DNA of 64,000 nucleotides from Ruditapes philippinarum (taxonomy: Eukaryota): the NCBI RefSeq assembly GCF_026571515.1, contig NW_026852123.1, forward strand, positions 372,001-436,000, in the 5' to 3' direction. Below, piece after piece: positions 1 to 13,355 of this stretch (position 1 is its first letter; the number at the start of each line of letters is the position of its first letter). A program made the translations under genes and the position numbers. The notes beneath the pieces were generated by a model. That model did not search any database, was not told the DNA's origin, and saw only the letters and a list, made by a program, of their open reading frames with translations.

Positions 1-537
1 AATAAGCATTTGCTTGTCTAAACATAAGTGTCGCTGTTTTTATTAATTGTATAGACAAACAGTTTCATATGAAAGAAATATTCAGTAGTTATTTTAATGG
101 TTTACATTTGATTTCACTTAATCGGCAATTTTACAAATATTATTCTTTCAATGTAAGAACTGTGGTATGATTTTCAATCAAGATACAAATAAACATTTGA
201 ATTATTACAGAAAATCCACTATAGCTGTATAATCTCGTTAATAGCTGTTTATCCAATGTTAAATACTTGTTTGTATAAGAACAAAATAAAACCATTTCAG
301 CGACTTCAAAATCTTTATCATTTGGTGTTAGAAGATAATTAGATAGGTAAATAGATTTAGCGACTCACTCCTTTCTAAGAGTATAGATCAATTATTTTCA
401 TACATTTAGAAATATAATTATATCATTAAATTCAAGACAATGAAGAGTTAGCATGAATTAGAGAGTGTTAAGGAACTATATGAAGCAACAAGTGCAATTC
501 CTCGCTTTAACGGTACAGACGTTGCATGTAACATAAA

Positions 538-760
538 TCATGATTGACAATAAAATCCTTTTTACGGAGATTCTCACTGTACTTATTATTTGGCCTGTAC
601 AGAAGTAATATCAAATCCTTGCGAATGTGAAGGCACTAGTACTAGTAAAATGCTTGCCAGTCGGCTCTGGAACGATGCGCTGGCTGAACTGTGCTCTGGT
701 AGGTAAGGAATTGGCTTACGGCCGTTATTCGGAAGTTTAACCACAAAAAACACCACTACT
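538..760 (+). mobile_element. Degenerate SINE body, same family as the element at 29994
   Basis: Shares TTGCGAAWGTGAAGGCA and GGAACGATGCGSTGGCTGAACTRTGCTCTGGT with 30160-30220. Confidence 0.6.
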
Positions 761-3046
761 GCTTGCTTTAACAAAGTTTATTTTAAAGCGTATCAATTTA
801 TTGGTACACAGCAGGTAGAGGTGGATAACTTGTTGTGGATTTTAGTCAATATTAAATCTGTCATTTATAATTAAAAGTTGCAAAATTTATCGCATTTGAT
901 GTTTTTATTTAATTATACGGCTAAGATATATCGGCTCAGAGCCGTATTTCCTGACAATTTAGTAATGATCCCTTTAAAATTCCTTGAAAAAGTATATAAC
1001 GATGAATAAACATTTAGATTAAAGATGAATACATGTCTTTTATAAACATTTGTTTGATTGCCCACTAATACTGATATTGATATTAAAGAATTACGTCTTC
1101 TAAATCTTGAATTACGAAAGTCTGACCATGATTTTTAATACTGTGAATTATGTCTATTTATTTTAAACGTCGCCATATGACCTAAACTGTGTCTGTGCGA
1201 CGTAAAATCCCAATCAAACAATCAAATAATTTTATGATCCAAAGTAGAGGTAAGTATTGTGATAATATACAAACATCTAACAAACAATCCAAGATTTTTT
1301 TTGTTCTTACAAAGGCCTACTTCGTATATTAAAAGGATTTTGTATGCATTCTAAGTTACAATTACTGTGTTCGTTAGAAGAGAATAAAAAGTGCAATATC
1401 TTTAACAAGCATCTGCAATGAAATATGAAATCTCATATCCTACCTAAAAATACTTATTTAGAATTACGATGAAACAAAAATATATTTGTTAGTCTTGTTA
1501 GTCCGTATCACTTTTAAAACTCAACCTTAAACAAGTAAACAACTTTAAAGGGGTTCAACTGAGATTTTTTCTGACATGACGGGACTGGATTGTGATCTAA
1601 AGATAAATGCTCCATTTGATGTAAGTCTTGACCAATAACTTGTGTCATATCATTTGCTCACTCCGTTTTTTTCCAGAATAAATATTTTAATCACTAAAAA
1701 TGACCCAAAACTGAAAAGCGTTGCAACACTTTTCACTTAAATCGTGCTAAGAATACATAGAAATATCATTTTCAATTTATTTCAAAGTATATTTCTTAAT
1801 TATACTTTTGCATATATGTCTGCTTTAATTGCAGCAGGTGATCTTTGTAAGAAATTAAAAGGCTTGACCTCAGTGGAGTTACTCTTTAATAATATATATT
1901 TAGCATACCAAAATATAGAGAAGATGAGCTGTATGTGTTGCATCCCTTGTCGTACATTATGAACAGTACAAGTTTCAGATATGCATATTTATATTCATGA
2001 AAAGTGTAGGCTTTTATGCTTCCTTTTTCTATTTTAAACATCCGTCTTCTTTCAAATTAATTGTACATCGTTATTCAGCACGGCTTGATTAAATTAATTC
2101 ACATTTAACCGTTTAGTAGTGCAATACCACATGATAAAGTACTAATATTTAACACATTTACTTGCCATACATTCATAATAAAGGTATCTAAATTTACATA
2201 ATACCTTCTTAGATATATGTCGTTGCTTATATTATTACAATAGTAATTGATTCATTTCTATGAAATGTTTGTAGCGAGCATAAGACATATTTGAACTGAT
2301 CTCGCCCCCGAGTCCACTTTCTGGCACTAAAATGTACTAATGTCATATGAGGTAATATGGCATGATCGTTTGGGCTCGAACTTATAATCCCTTTGATCAG
2401 CGGCATACTCCTTAACTCCTCATTTTATAGACAATAAGTTCACTTATAAACAACGATGAATATTCTCATTCAAGTGGTCAGAACATTTTATATGATTCTT
2501 AATTATCAGTAAATTTTAATATTACTTTGCCCAAATTCGTTCTCGTTGAGTTGAATTACTTTCTTATATTATACCAAAAATTTCTAATATTTAAGGCTAT
2601 TTATGAACTATTATATATCCTGACCAAAATGTCCATTTTTCTTTGAGTGTAAGTTGTGAAAGCTATTTCACAGTTAAAGCGGCTTAACCGATTTTCTTGA
2701 CATCAACTAACATCTTATCTTACCTTTAAAGATTCTTTCGGGGGATGAGCCAAGGTGATACAAACATTAAGAGTAAATATCAATAAAGTCATGTCTTTAT
2801 GATGAAACAAACTGTCTTAATTTTAAATGTAAATTTACTTTTCTAAAATTGAACTTGATAGCATGTATGAAATGAAAATTACATAAAGACAAATATACCT
2901 ATGTATACATTGTACCTATATAACAAGTTATATTTCTTTTGTCTTTGTACGATGAGCAAACATACTTAGCTTTAAATTTTGGCAATTATCTTCGCAGTGT
3001 CATTTAGCAAATTGTCTTTGGTGCTGTCGGATCGTATAACTCCAAA

Positions 3047-4078
3047 ATGGGTGAAGTCGATCTAGTGAACCGAGATCCAAATAATATCAACAATCATTTA
3101 ACAGTAAGTTTTCGTCTTATAAAACTGTTAAATATGCTTCTTTTGATTATTTATAACAATACCATTATTTCTTTCTTTCTTGTTTAAAGCAAATTAGAAG
3201 GTTAAACATGACATTAACTTAAACGATTACATTTACTGATAATCAAAGACATAGATTTCAACTAACATAATATTGCCTTTAGTCTTTCAACTTTTACATC
3301 AGTTTCAACAATTTTGATATCATTGCAAGTATCACAATCCTTTGAATATTTATTGTTCATTGTTTTTTGTTTTTTTAAAAAGCATTTTAACTATGTTTTA
3401 TTTTTTAATTTTCTCATCTCGTTATTTTAAGATCTTTTTATTGGTTCAAATATTTTAACAAGAACTGTATGCCATATCTCGACTTCTTATGATAAGCACA
3501 TTATTAATATTACAAGCAAACTTGTATGTTTTTTATATTGTTAAAAATTTGTTTTATCAAATGCCGTCATAAGATAAAGAAAAGTATCTTTAGCTAACCA
3601 TTCTTTCTTTGTTTCTTATAAAGTATCTGCCTTCATGTTTGTATTTTGTTATGTGTTTTATAAATATTATTATTGTTGTTGTTGCCTTTTTGTTCTATTT
3701 CATTTTATTGATTTATTTACTCTTGATATACGACATACTTTTTTTTAACAGTGCCAGTTTGAAGATGTATTGGCCGAGCCTGATGGCACACACAGTATTG
3801 ACTGTGTTTGGAAACTCTCCTACAGCTGTTTCAACCTGTGGAAGAAGATATGCTATATAGTCTTTACCACGTTGTGCGGGATCTGTATTGCTGCTGAGTG
3901 GGGATGCGAATTTGCGGCAGTCTCTTTCTGGCACATCTGGGCATTCACACCTCTCTTCAAGATGTTTGACCTCAACTGTAGTTGTTTGAAGAAACTATGG
4001 GCACAATGTGTCAACTGCTGCGTTGAACCGTGCTGCATGGCTTGCGGAACCGTGTTCCATATGTTCAAGAAAGCTTAA
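3047..4078 (+). CDS. cav: Caveolin-like protein copy 1, 127 aa; exons 3047-3103 and 3752-4078
   Basis: Exon 1 MGEVDLVNRDPNNINNHLT then GTAAGT donor. Acceptor ttttttaacag. Exon 2 CQFEDVLAEPDGTHSIDCVW...CCVEPCCMACGTVFHMFKKA*. Matches the CAV1 DLVNRDP segment and FEDVIAEP signature. An alternative in-frame acceptor lies 6 nt downstream. Confidence 0.93.
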
Positions 4079-7055
4079 TTTCTGACAAATTGTAAAAAAA
4101 CTTTTGAATTTTGTTAATGTCAGTATTGTTGGCAACTTATGATGCGACTATGACTTTTTGTCAGTTTGCAGATATTTCTAGGAGAATGATATTATACTTT
4201 GACGACATATTTTGGTTTAATTCGTTTGATTCAATTTGAAGTTTTCAAAAAGGATTCATACTGGATGGGAATGAAATGTGTCGGCTTTATCTTAATATCT
4301 TTGTTGTTCTCTGTTATCTTTCATTAAATTTGGTTAAAAGTGTTTGTTATCTTTAATTAAATTTGGTTAAAATTCTTTGTTTATGTTATTATTTCTTTTA
4401 AAAGGTAATTTTGGGTGAGCTTCGGTTTGGCCGGAAGATAAGTGCTTGCTGTTTTTGTTAACACATGTGCAATGGAAAAAATACAATTCTTCGACAGACT
4501 ACTGTTAATTCTTTATGGGAACAAAGAACATTATAAAATAATTATTTCGTTTATCGTGCATAAACAATTAGTCATTATTTCAGTCATAATCATTTTAGCC
4601 CGATACTTGTAGGATAAACATCCTGAATAAGATATCATCATAACATTAGCTCTGACACTTCTTCTTCGGTCAGGTGAGAATTGATTGTCCTAAATATGCA
4701 ACAGTTTGTCGTTGTAAATCGTATTGTTAACCATCTGCCTTTGAACAGTTACCTTATTGTAAAGCATGAGCGTATAGTGCAAAATATGATAAACACGATC
4801 AACAAGGAAAGGCGGACTAAGTTCAATGAACGCAACCCCCACACGACCCAGCAACAAGGACCAGCGTCAATTAGCTCAAGAGGACCCCAAACAAAACAGG
4901 ATTACTTAAGCAGTCATGTACATTATTCAGCAGCTTATATAAACTAAGACGGAAAACATAAACGACACAGTGCATATTACATAACACTTCTTCTATCAGT
5001 GATATATGAAAAGGCATAGATACCGCACACATATGTCGACTTTCAAGTGAACCAAATGTGGTATTTCAATATCGTTAACATAAAACAATTTAATAGTTAG
5101 TGTCTTTTCAACTTTTCAATACTGTCGAGTAGAATAAGAACATTTCATCATTTTGAATCACCTGATAAGGTGCCATATTATCTTTTTTATCCTTTAAAGC
5201 CAATTTAGTGAATGACCGTTAAGACTGTACTATCCTTTAATAAGCAAAAAACAAGAAACAATGAAATGATTTTTTTTTCAAGAATTTTATTTTTTCTCAA
5301 ACGATAGATATATAAAAACATGAACATAAAACGTGAATATAAAATGAAAGAAAACAAAAAAGTAATAATGTTTTCTAGATAAACATCATATTTTGTATAC
5401 TTTTAAATATAATACTTATATTACAAATATCAATTTTGAAAACAAAGTGATTTCTATTAACAAAGCGTCATTTGTTATCCTCAAAGTGATATTGAATCTA
5501 ATGTTCTTTTCAGACTACTACGAATACCATCTCATACAATTAAGAAACATTTAAAAACTTTATACCAAGAAAAGAATTACCATGCGTAGAGACACACTCT
5601 CAATCAAACAGATAACCAAAATAGTCACTAACAGCCCGTTACAGCGCTTGTTTCTCCATTTTATTTTTATATACTAAAATGCAAGAATATATCTTTCTAA
5701 TTCGTATCAAAAATACAATTGTTCTTTTAATATCAGATATTTATTTTAGTGACAAACTTTGTTTTGCATGAGAAGAGCAGACAAAAAAATCAGATAATAT
5801 CCTATATGAACAAAAAACGAAAAAAACACAGTGCATAGTTAGTCAAATTTCTTTCGATTCTGTTTATCATGAGATGTTTGAAAATGCAGCAATAGAAAAG
5901 GCACAATTTGTGTCGAGCTTAAAGTGAGTTATAAAAATTCTGATGTATTTGTAAAAACAGTGAGCTTTATATTATGTTTTCCAAATGTGAGTTAAAAATT
6001 TGATAGCTGATATTGAAAATATATTATGACACAGTGTCTCGGTTCATTACTTTGAAAATCAATATAACATTAAACATAACTTCTGCAGACAATTTCAAAA
6101 ATGCTGTGCTGAATACAACTATAATCTAGCTTTAATTTGTAAGATATTTATCAAAAACAATGTGTAAAAGATAATTTAAAAAACATTATCTCAAAAGAAA
6201 GATATATAAAATAAATGATATAATTTATGTAAATACGTTTCTGGACGGATATATGACAGATCACTAAATGTGAATATCACAGAATCGCTTTTTTCAAACA
6301 TGTTCATTTTTTACCGTTCTTATTGCATTTTATTAAGAACTTAAGATACGCAACAGTGAACTTATCTTACCAATCTCGTTATTATCTTATGTATAGTCAG
6401 TAAGTTAACATATCCATTGCATAATATCATAACACGCTTTACTGCTCATAAGTGATTACCACACATTCGATATCAACATGTTTCCTTTATCATTTATAAT
6501 CATTAACAAGAAGAAAAAAAACATTAACGAGGTTTAAAAATTTATTACTGTATTTATTAAATATCACTAAATTTTGTAAAATATCAATACAACACATTGT
6601 CCTTTATTCCACTTAATGTGTCAAACATCAAATAAGACCATTTCTTATCAAAGATTTCTGTAAAACACAAAGTTGACTTTTATTACACACATGTACAAAT
6701 AAACACCGCATTAAAAATGTTCACAATTTGAAAAAAAAAGTCAATGGCACATGTCTAACTTCAACAGTTCATGGTCATCTTTATATCGGTATATTCAATG
6801 CTATTCCGAGATATTCCAGGTATTAACAAGGAAAGCACTATTTAAATCATGCAACTGAAATAATAATGACTTTGTCGTTTTGCTATCAGGTTTTTTTTTT
6901 AATATTCCAGTATAACAAATCCTTGATCTTCGAATGTCATTGAGCTTAAGTAGAATAAAGATATTCCTCCTTTAAAAGAGAAGAGGTGATATTTTCTGTC
7001 CAAAGAAAATAAGAATGGTGAAGGAGGTTTTAAGGAAGTTCTAATACTCTTTAAC

Positions 7056-8747
7056 TTACTGCTTCTTAAAAGCATTGAATACTTGTCCACAGGCTTCACA
7101 ACATGGTTCGATGCAACATCCACAAATGGTTTCGTGTATTCTCTTCAATATACTGCAATTAAGCTCGAGCATGCGCAAACACGGAGTGACGGCCCATACA
7201 TGATTAAAGGCTACACCTGCAAACTCACAACCCCAGCTGGCGGCTATACAAATACCGCAGCAGAGAGTGCTGAGCTTGTAACACAAACTCAACCAAAGGG
7301 TAAAGCATTTGTGCGAGAGCTTCCACACGCAATCCATACTATGAACACCTTCTGGTTCTGCGAGCACATCTTCGAAACAGACCTGAAAACAAATTTATAG
7401 ATAGAATGTTTTATCAGTTTAACCATGTTGAACCAACTTAAAATATTTTTGTTTAGATATTGAAGGACATGAGTGATAATATGGAAGGCCAAATTATATT
7501 TTGTGCTACCAATCATGCTCTTTTTGGTTGGTTTAGTAAAGAAAATATACTGTCATGTTCTTTTGTTGTTCATTTTTTTTAATTTAGATAGAATGACTTT
7601 GTCATTTCATACAAATAAAATGTGTCAATTAAATAACATCAATGATGAAAATGGTTTCCTCAGCACATAAACCTAACGATATATTTTCACCTATTTTATT
7701 ACTTTCTGAAATACATAAAATAAGGTTTATTGTTAATTTATTATCTATCGTACTTGCTCTTTTTCAAAGACAACACAAAAGTGCTTTTTTAAAGCTGGGT
7801 ACTATAAGCATGAAAGATAATGATTGAAATACATATATTTTAGAAACAAACGACTCAAATGTTTTAACTTTAGTGTATTCTATTCTATCGGCAACTGATG
7901 ATGTCAGCATATGCGACCAGTAGAGTCTAAGATAATATCTGGGAAATCCGTGCCGACTGATCATGCCCTGAACATTTCGCTATTCAGTAGTTCGTACTGT
8001 AAAATTTCCTCTAAAAGTTTTGAAAAGTTGGGCAAGTCAAATTAATATATTTAGCGTGGAAAGGGTTTAAGTACTTGACGAAAACGTTTGTGAATAACAA
8101 ATGTACTTTTAGTTTAGTGTATAATATTTTATTTTAGTTCGATTGTGTTGGAAGCTATAAGCTTGTTGAAACACTCTCTCTCTCGAATCCGTTCCTGGGC
8201 CCAACCAGAACTTAGCAACGAGTGTAAGGTTATTTGCTAATGAAAACCATGGCTTTTCCCTGACAACGGTTTGAACCCTCTGTGCCAGCAGTCCTTAGAT
8301 AATTAGTCCGACGAAATAGTCACTTGGCCACACCGCCACTCGTAAATGTAGTTTTTAGCAACGTTGTCGTTTATTTTTAATATTTTAATTTAAATAAAAT
8401 ATAAAATAAAAATAAAATATTTTCACATTCAGATCTAGAAATATATTTTTCGTATCGTTTTTAAAATAGGTTTTAACAAACTGTTTGACCCGTTATTCGC
8501 ATAGCGCATAGATCATGAATATTGATATTAAAATTAAAATTTAATTTAATTTTTTGATTTTTATTTTGAAGAAATGCTTGATTTACAAACGACCATGTAA
8601 GAAGACAAGCAATTTACAATCTATGACACTGTTTATAATTTAATTTAAATGCAATTCTATAAAAAATGAAAATTCTTATAAATATATTACCTTTATATGG
8701 TCGTTAATGTTATTAGGGTCTCTGTTAATCAAGTCTACGTCACCCAT
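7056..8747 (-). CDS. cav: Caveolin-like protein copy 2, 127 aa; exons 8747-8691 and 7382-7056
   Basis: Exon 1 MGDVDLINRDPNNINDHIK|GTAAT. Acceptor ttttcag. Exon 2 VCFEDVLAEPEGVHSMDCVW...GQVFNAFKKQ*. Confidence 0.93.
8108..8340 (-). mobile_element. tRNA-derived SINE (family A) in the intron of copy 2
   Basis: Reverse-complement copy of 16372-16590, including the GGTTCAAACC B box, GGAACGGATTCGAGAG and AGCTTCCAACACAATCGAAC. Confidence 0.7.
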
Positions 8748-8896
8748 CGTGTCAATTTTATTACTCTCTTACTAAAATTCAAGCGTTAATCTTTAATAAA
8801 CACAGAGTAAGCAACACCATTGGAATCGCGCGGAGCACTGACGTTCGTTTATTGAAACGTAAAATATAAATACGGCAGAGACGGAATGAATAGGCG

Positions 8897-8925
8897 GTTA
8901 CCAACGAAACATGTACATTATTGAT
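8897..8925. promoter_or_regulatory. 29-bp X-box-like + ATTGAT element upstream of copy 2
   Basis: GTTACCAACGAAACATGTACATTATTGAT, 150 bp from the ATG. Same layout upstream of copies 3-6. Confidence 0.6.
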
Positions 8926-9392
8926 GACGGTGTTGAACTTGTTGGTAGGACCAGATTCTTTTGTCTTCGATACAGACTTGGTGATTTTTCCAATGGCCAT
9001 GAAAACGATAACTTGGCGCTCGCTTAATTGTTATAATATTCAATAGTTTAAGTTTCATATTCATGATAGAATGCCAATATACTTTTTTCTTTCATTATGG
9101 ATAGAGCTTTATTTCCTTGAAGCGGATATTTTTTTCGTTATTTATGTTCATTTTCAGCGTCACCGATACGGCTTCCAATTATTCTGAAATTGTTAGCTTA
9201 TCCCTTTTTATGAGATTTGTTTATCTCTAAAAGCTCGAGCATGCGCAAACAAACACATACATATTCTGGTTAATATTCCTCTGAATTAATAGCTCGGGAC
9301 GGGTAATGTTGATTTTTTAAAATTGTGTTTTTATCTGTATGCAAACAACTTAAACTTTAGCCATAATATATCCACTCTATCAACTATCAAAT

Positions 9393-9470
9393 ACTACAGT
9401 CGAACTGAATTCCCTCGAGGTCGGGTAGCTCGAATACCAGGTTTCGGTCGAACTAAATGTCAGATCCCGT
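9393..9470 (+). mobile_element. Truncated Tc1/pogo-type MITE end
   Basis: TA-CAGTCGAAC terminus followed by CTCGAR-rich subterminal sequence. No partner end found. Confidence 0.35.
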
Positions 9471-11277
9471 ATTATCTCCTTCTTTATATCCTATGTATAA
9501 ATAATATACTTGGAAACAACATACCATTGAAGGAAGTTTTCAGTAAGTTATTTAGACTTAAGGGGCATGGAATGGAGTTATTATATGTTGTTGTATTTTG
9601 TTGTTGTCTTTGTTGTTGGTTTTTTACAAAATTGAGCAAGATAAAGAATAAGAACACTTAACAAGAACAATCATTTATTTCAAGTCCAGTACATGTATTG
9701 TTAGTTATGTTTGAAAATATAATACATGTATATAATGATACAATTCTTTTTTATATACAATGTCCTCTTTTTGAATAATAGATTAATTCACATTGGCAAA
9801 TATTTTGGTATCTATTTAAAAATGATTTCTTTCTTATTGTTATGCAAATAACTGATATATTAAAGAATACAAATTTTCTTTTAAAAAAGTATTTACAGCA
9901 ATGTCGGTTAAAAATATTAAACACAAATGAAATCAAAGTTTTGTAAACAATTGTAAGCTAAATCGATTCTTTATACAGAATGCCTGTAATCAAATTTCTG
10001 CTCAGAAATCAATAAATTTTCATTTAAATTGTTACGTTACGCTTAAATCAAGACAAACATATAGTCAATCAATGCCATAAAATAAGAACGCCAAATCTGA
10101 CAACACACGGCAAAATAGAAATTGCTTAAGTACAAAAATTGAATATATTGACCGTGAAAGACAAAATATTTGCTATGCTTAGATCTCATTTCCTAACATT
10201 TACGTCATTTGTTGTCATTAGAATTACATACTCTAGTTACCTGCCGTGAAATTAATGTTTTTGATCCCATCGATTTCAGAGAAATTTCCGTAAAAAAGTA
10301 ATCATAAAAGCCAAATAATAACAATATAAAGAACTGTGTGACGATAATTATGTATATAAAAATAGAATCTAAAAATAAGAAACCAAAAAGATCGGAAACA
10401 ACCATCGTATCACAGTATTGCTCTATAAAGATTCACACTTAAAGTTTTCATTTATTCACTTCTGAATTTGAAGTTTACAACCTGTACAGTTTTGAAAAGG
10501 TTTAACATATCTCAATGACGGCATTTTTTAAGGCGTCATTTAATATTAGCACTCGACACAAAACAGTACATTTATCACAAAAAAGAGAAAGCCAAAACAT
10601 ACATTGCCACATAGTTTTGCTCGATAAACATTCGCACTTCAGATTTGATTTTATTCGCCTCTAAGCTGGGTATCTTACTGTACATAACTACAAATGTGCC
10701 TAGGTCCCTACATGGACCTTATCTGTCTTATTTGAATTATTAGTTTACCAATTAAATTTACGATTTTTTTCCGGATGAAAATATCTAATTTGTATTTTAA
10801 TTCATTTTTTCCATGAAGAAGATCTTGATTGTGATTAATTGTTTGTGAAAAGGCGGCTGCTTAATTGATTATGAATCTTGTCTTTCTTCAGCTCAGAAAA
10901 TATTTTACAGTTATCACAAATATATACACAAATATATACTTATATATATACACAAATATGTACACAAATATGTACACAAATAGGTACAAAATATTATAAA
11001 AAGGCAACAGCTTTTGTTACTTGTTTAAATATTGCTAAAACATGTTAGAAAAGAAATCTGTTATGGACCAGGTTATCTTTTAAACTGACATACAAGCTTT
11101 TCATTCGTGGTTTTTAAGTGAATTAAAAATCTTTGACAAATAAAAGCATACTGGCTGAGTTTAAACTAAACATTGCACTTGTCATTATTTTCATTGAATG
11201 TATGATATATCCATCAATAAAAATTGATTTCATTAAATGTAAAGGAAAAATTCAACAGTTTCGCTGTAATGGATATT

Positions 11278-12168
11278 CTACTTCTTTTCAAACATATGGA
11301 AAATTTTCCCGCAGGCAAAACAGCATGGTTCGATGCAACATTGGCATATGGTCTCGTGCAATCTCTTGAAAACGCTGCAGTTGATCTGGAACATGTGCAA
11401 ACAAGGTGTGATAAACCATACATGGTAGAAAGCAACCTCTGCAAACTCACATCCCCAACTTGCGGCTATACAAATACCACAACACAGTGTGCTGAGCTTG
11501 TAACATAAACCGAGCCAGCAGTTGAAGCACGTGTATGACAGCTTCCAAACGCAGTCGAAACTGTGAGCATTTTCGGGTTCTCCGAGAACGTCTTCAAAAG
11601 AAACCTGAGATATAAAAATTATAAATATGTAATGTATAGTAAAAATGGCGAAGTAAAAAGATGTTCACAAGTGCCTAAAAGCCATAAATGCTTATGACAT
11701 GACTTTCATGCCCCCACTTGCGAGTATATTTTAGCCCTTGTCCACCCCTCAGTCCCGCTGCTGTGCTGTCCCGCCGTCCGGTTGTCCAACTGTCAGACTG
11801 TCCGTCTATAGACTGACAATACAGTGAATGTTTCGGTCACCCGTGTCCGATGAACACATTTCTAAGTCAATATAAAATTGTACTGTGACAAAACAAACGT
11901 TTACATTGCGGACAGTAAACTGTAGGTAAGGAAGTGCGAAATAAGACATTGTGCAAAATTTATTATTTGAAATGATATATATATAAAATACAATTAATTC
12001 AGGAATCATTGTGATCTGTAGGTCATTCTTTTAAATTAACTGAATGTCTACACTGATAACCCAGGAGTATTTTTTAAACCGCAAAAGGGAAATAAAAAAT
12101 GTTTCACTCACATTATGAGAATGCAAAATGAAACTTGTTGTTTGTTTGTTTGTTTTGTTTTTTTTTTT

Positions 12169-12209
<41 letters not shown>

Positions 12210-13208
12210 GGGGGGGTGTTTCGTTTTTATTGTATTCCATATATTCATTCCATTTTGTCTGTAAGTATATTAAAACTTTAATGTTCTGAACACCGAAGCT
12301 TTAACAGTATAGTAAAGTATTACAATATCAATACCAGTGATAAAACATTACATTGCAATTTCAATAGCACAATGTAACAATCACTTTTATTTGCTATCTG
12401 TTGATGTAAATTGATTTTAGAATCAATACACTATTCCGGATAAATAATTAAGTCATTTATATTAAAGCACATGGATTTAAAACAGTTACGCTTTGGTATG
12501 TTGAAAATTGAGAAGTTAAATCTTTCAACAAAATATTGTGAAAATAAAATGTTCAACAAAAAAACGTGATTAATATCTTCAAAATATTTTTACAATTTGT
12601 GGAGAGATCTATTTATACGTAATGCTCAGTCTAACATTGAAAACATTTGGTCTTATAAAAAATTCTGGAAACAAAGTGATCCCTCGGAAGCATTAATGAC
12701 AACAAAATAACATAAGAATTGCAGACTCGGTTTGATTGAGTCTGTACATGAGAGATAACGAATAAGTGCAACATCCCTTTCGCCCCCTAGCACCGGCTTG
12801 AGCGGTACTCAATTCTCAACGCTTAATAGTGTTGACATCAAAGGTTATTTGAAAAAAATTTAAATAAAAAAAGACAAATAAATTCAATAAAAAATCTTAT
12901 ATAAAGAAAAAAAAATTTTGTTCTTGTTTTGATTTTTCTGTCGGGATGTCAATTCCCTAGTGTGTCAAATTATTTCTACAAATGTTTTGTAAAAGCTAAT
13001 TATTCAAGACGTAACACCGCTTTTCTATGACACAAAACTGCAAAACCTGTTGTAGCGGTTGATAATTTTTAGGACACTATTTATAATGTTTCTGATAAAA
13101 TGTAACAAAGACTTCAATCAAATAATAAAAAACATATATTCAAAAGCATTTTACCTTAAGTGACCCATTAATGTCGTTTGGATCTCGGTTTACTAAATCC
13201 ACTGTCAT
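11278..13208 (-). CDS. cav: Caveolin-like protein copy 3, 126 aa; exons 13208-13155 and 11604-11278
   Basis: Exon 1 MTVDLVNRDPNDINGSLK|GTAAA. Exon 2 translated by hand (absent from the ORF track): VSFEDVLGEPENAHSFDCVWKLSYTCFNCWLGLCYKLSTLCCGICIAASWGCEFAEVAFYHVWFITPCLHMFQINCSVFKRLHETICQCCIEPCCFACGKIFHMFEKK*. Confidence 0.93.
12137..12217. repeat. (TTTG)n / poly-T tract followed by a G run
   Basis: Directly visible; lies in the intron of copy 3. Confidence 0.9.
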
Positions 13209-13326
13209 TTCAGTCGTTCAATTCTTTACTTTCTTATTGCGAATGAACCACTTTCAAAAAGGCAACCTCTGGCGTCAGCAACACTTTAAAAATGATGTTG
13301 ATCAGCGTAATGCATAACAAACACCT

Positions 13327-13355
13327 GTTACCAAAGTGATAGGTAAATTATTGAT
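13327..13355. promoter_or_regulatory. 29-bp X-box-like + ATTGAT element upstream of copy 3
   Basis: GTTACCAAAGTGATAGGTAAATTATTGAT, 119 bp from the ATG. Confidence 0.55.

Noticed and set aside
2779-2808. Upstream bipartite element for copy 1 (reverse complement GTTTCATCATAAAGACATGACTTTATTGAT)
   Set aside because: 30 rather than 29 bp, poor X-box half and about 240 bp from the ATG; could be chance in AT-rich DNA.
4064-4078. C-terminal dilysine ER-retrieval signal in the caveolins
   Set aside because: The ends (KKA, KKQ, EKK, GKN, EKR, FKK) do not place lysines at -3/-4 or -3/-5 as KKXX/KXKXX requires.
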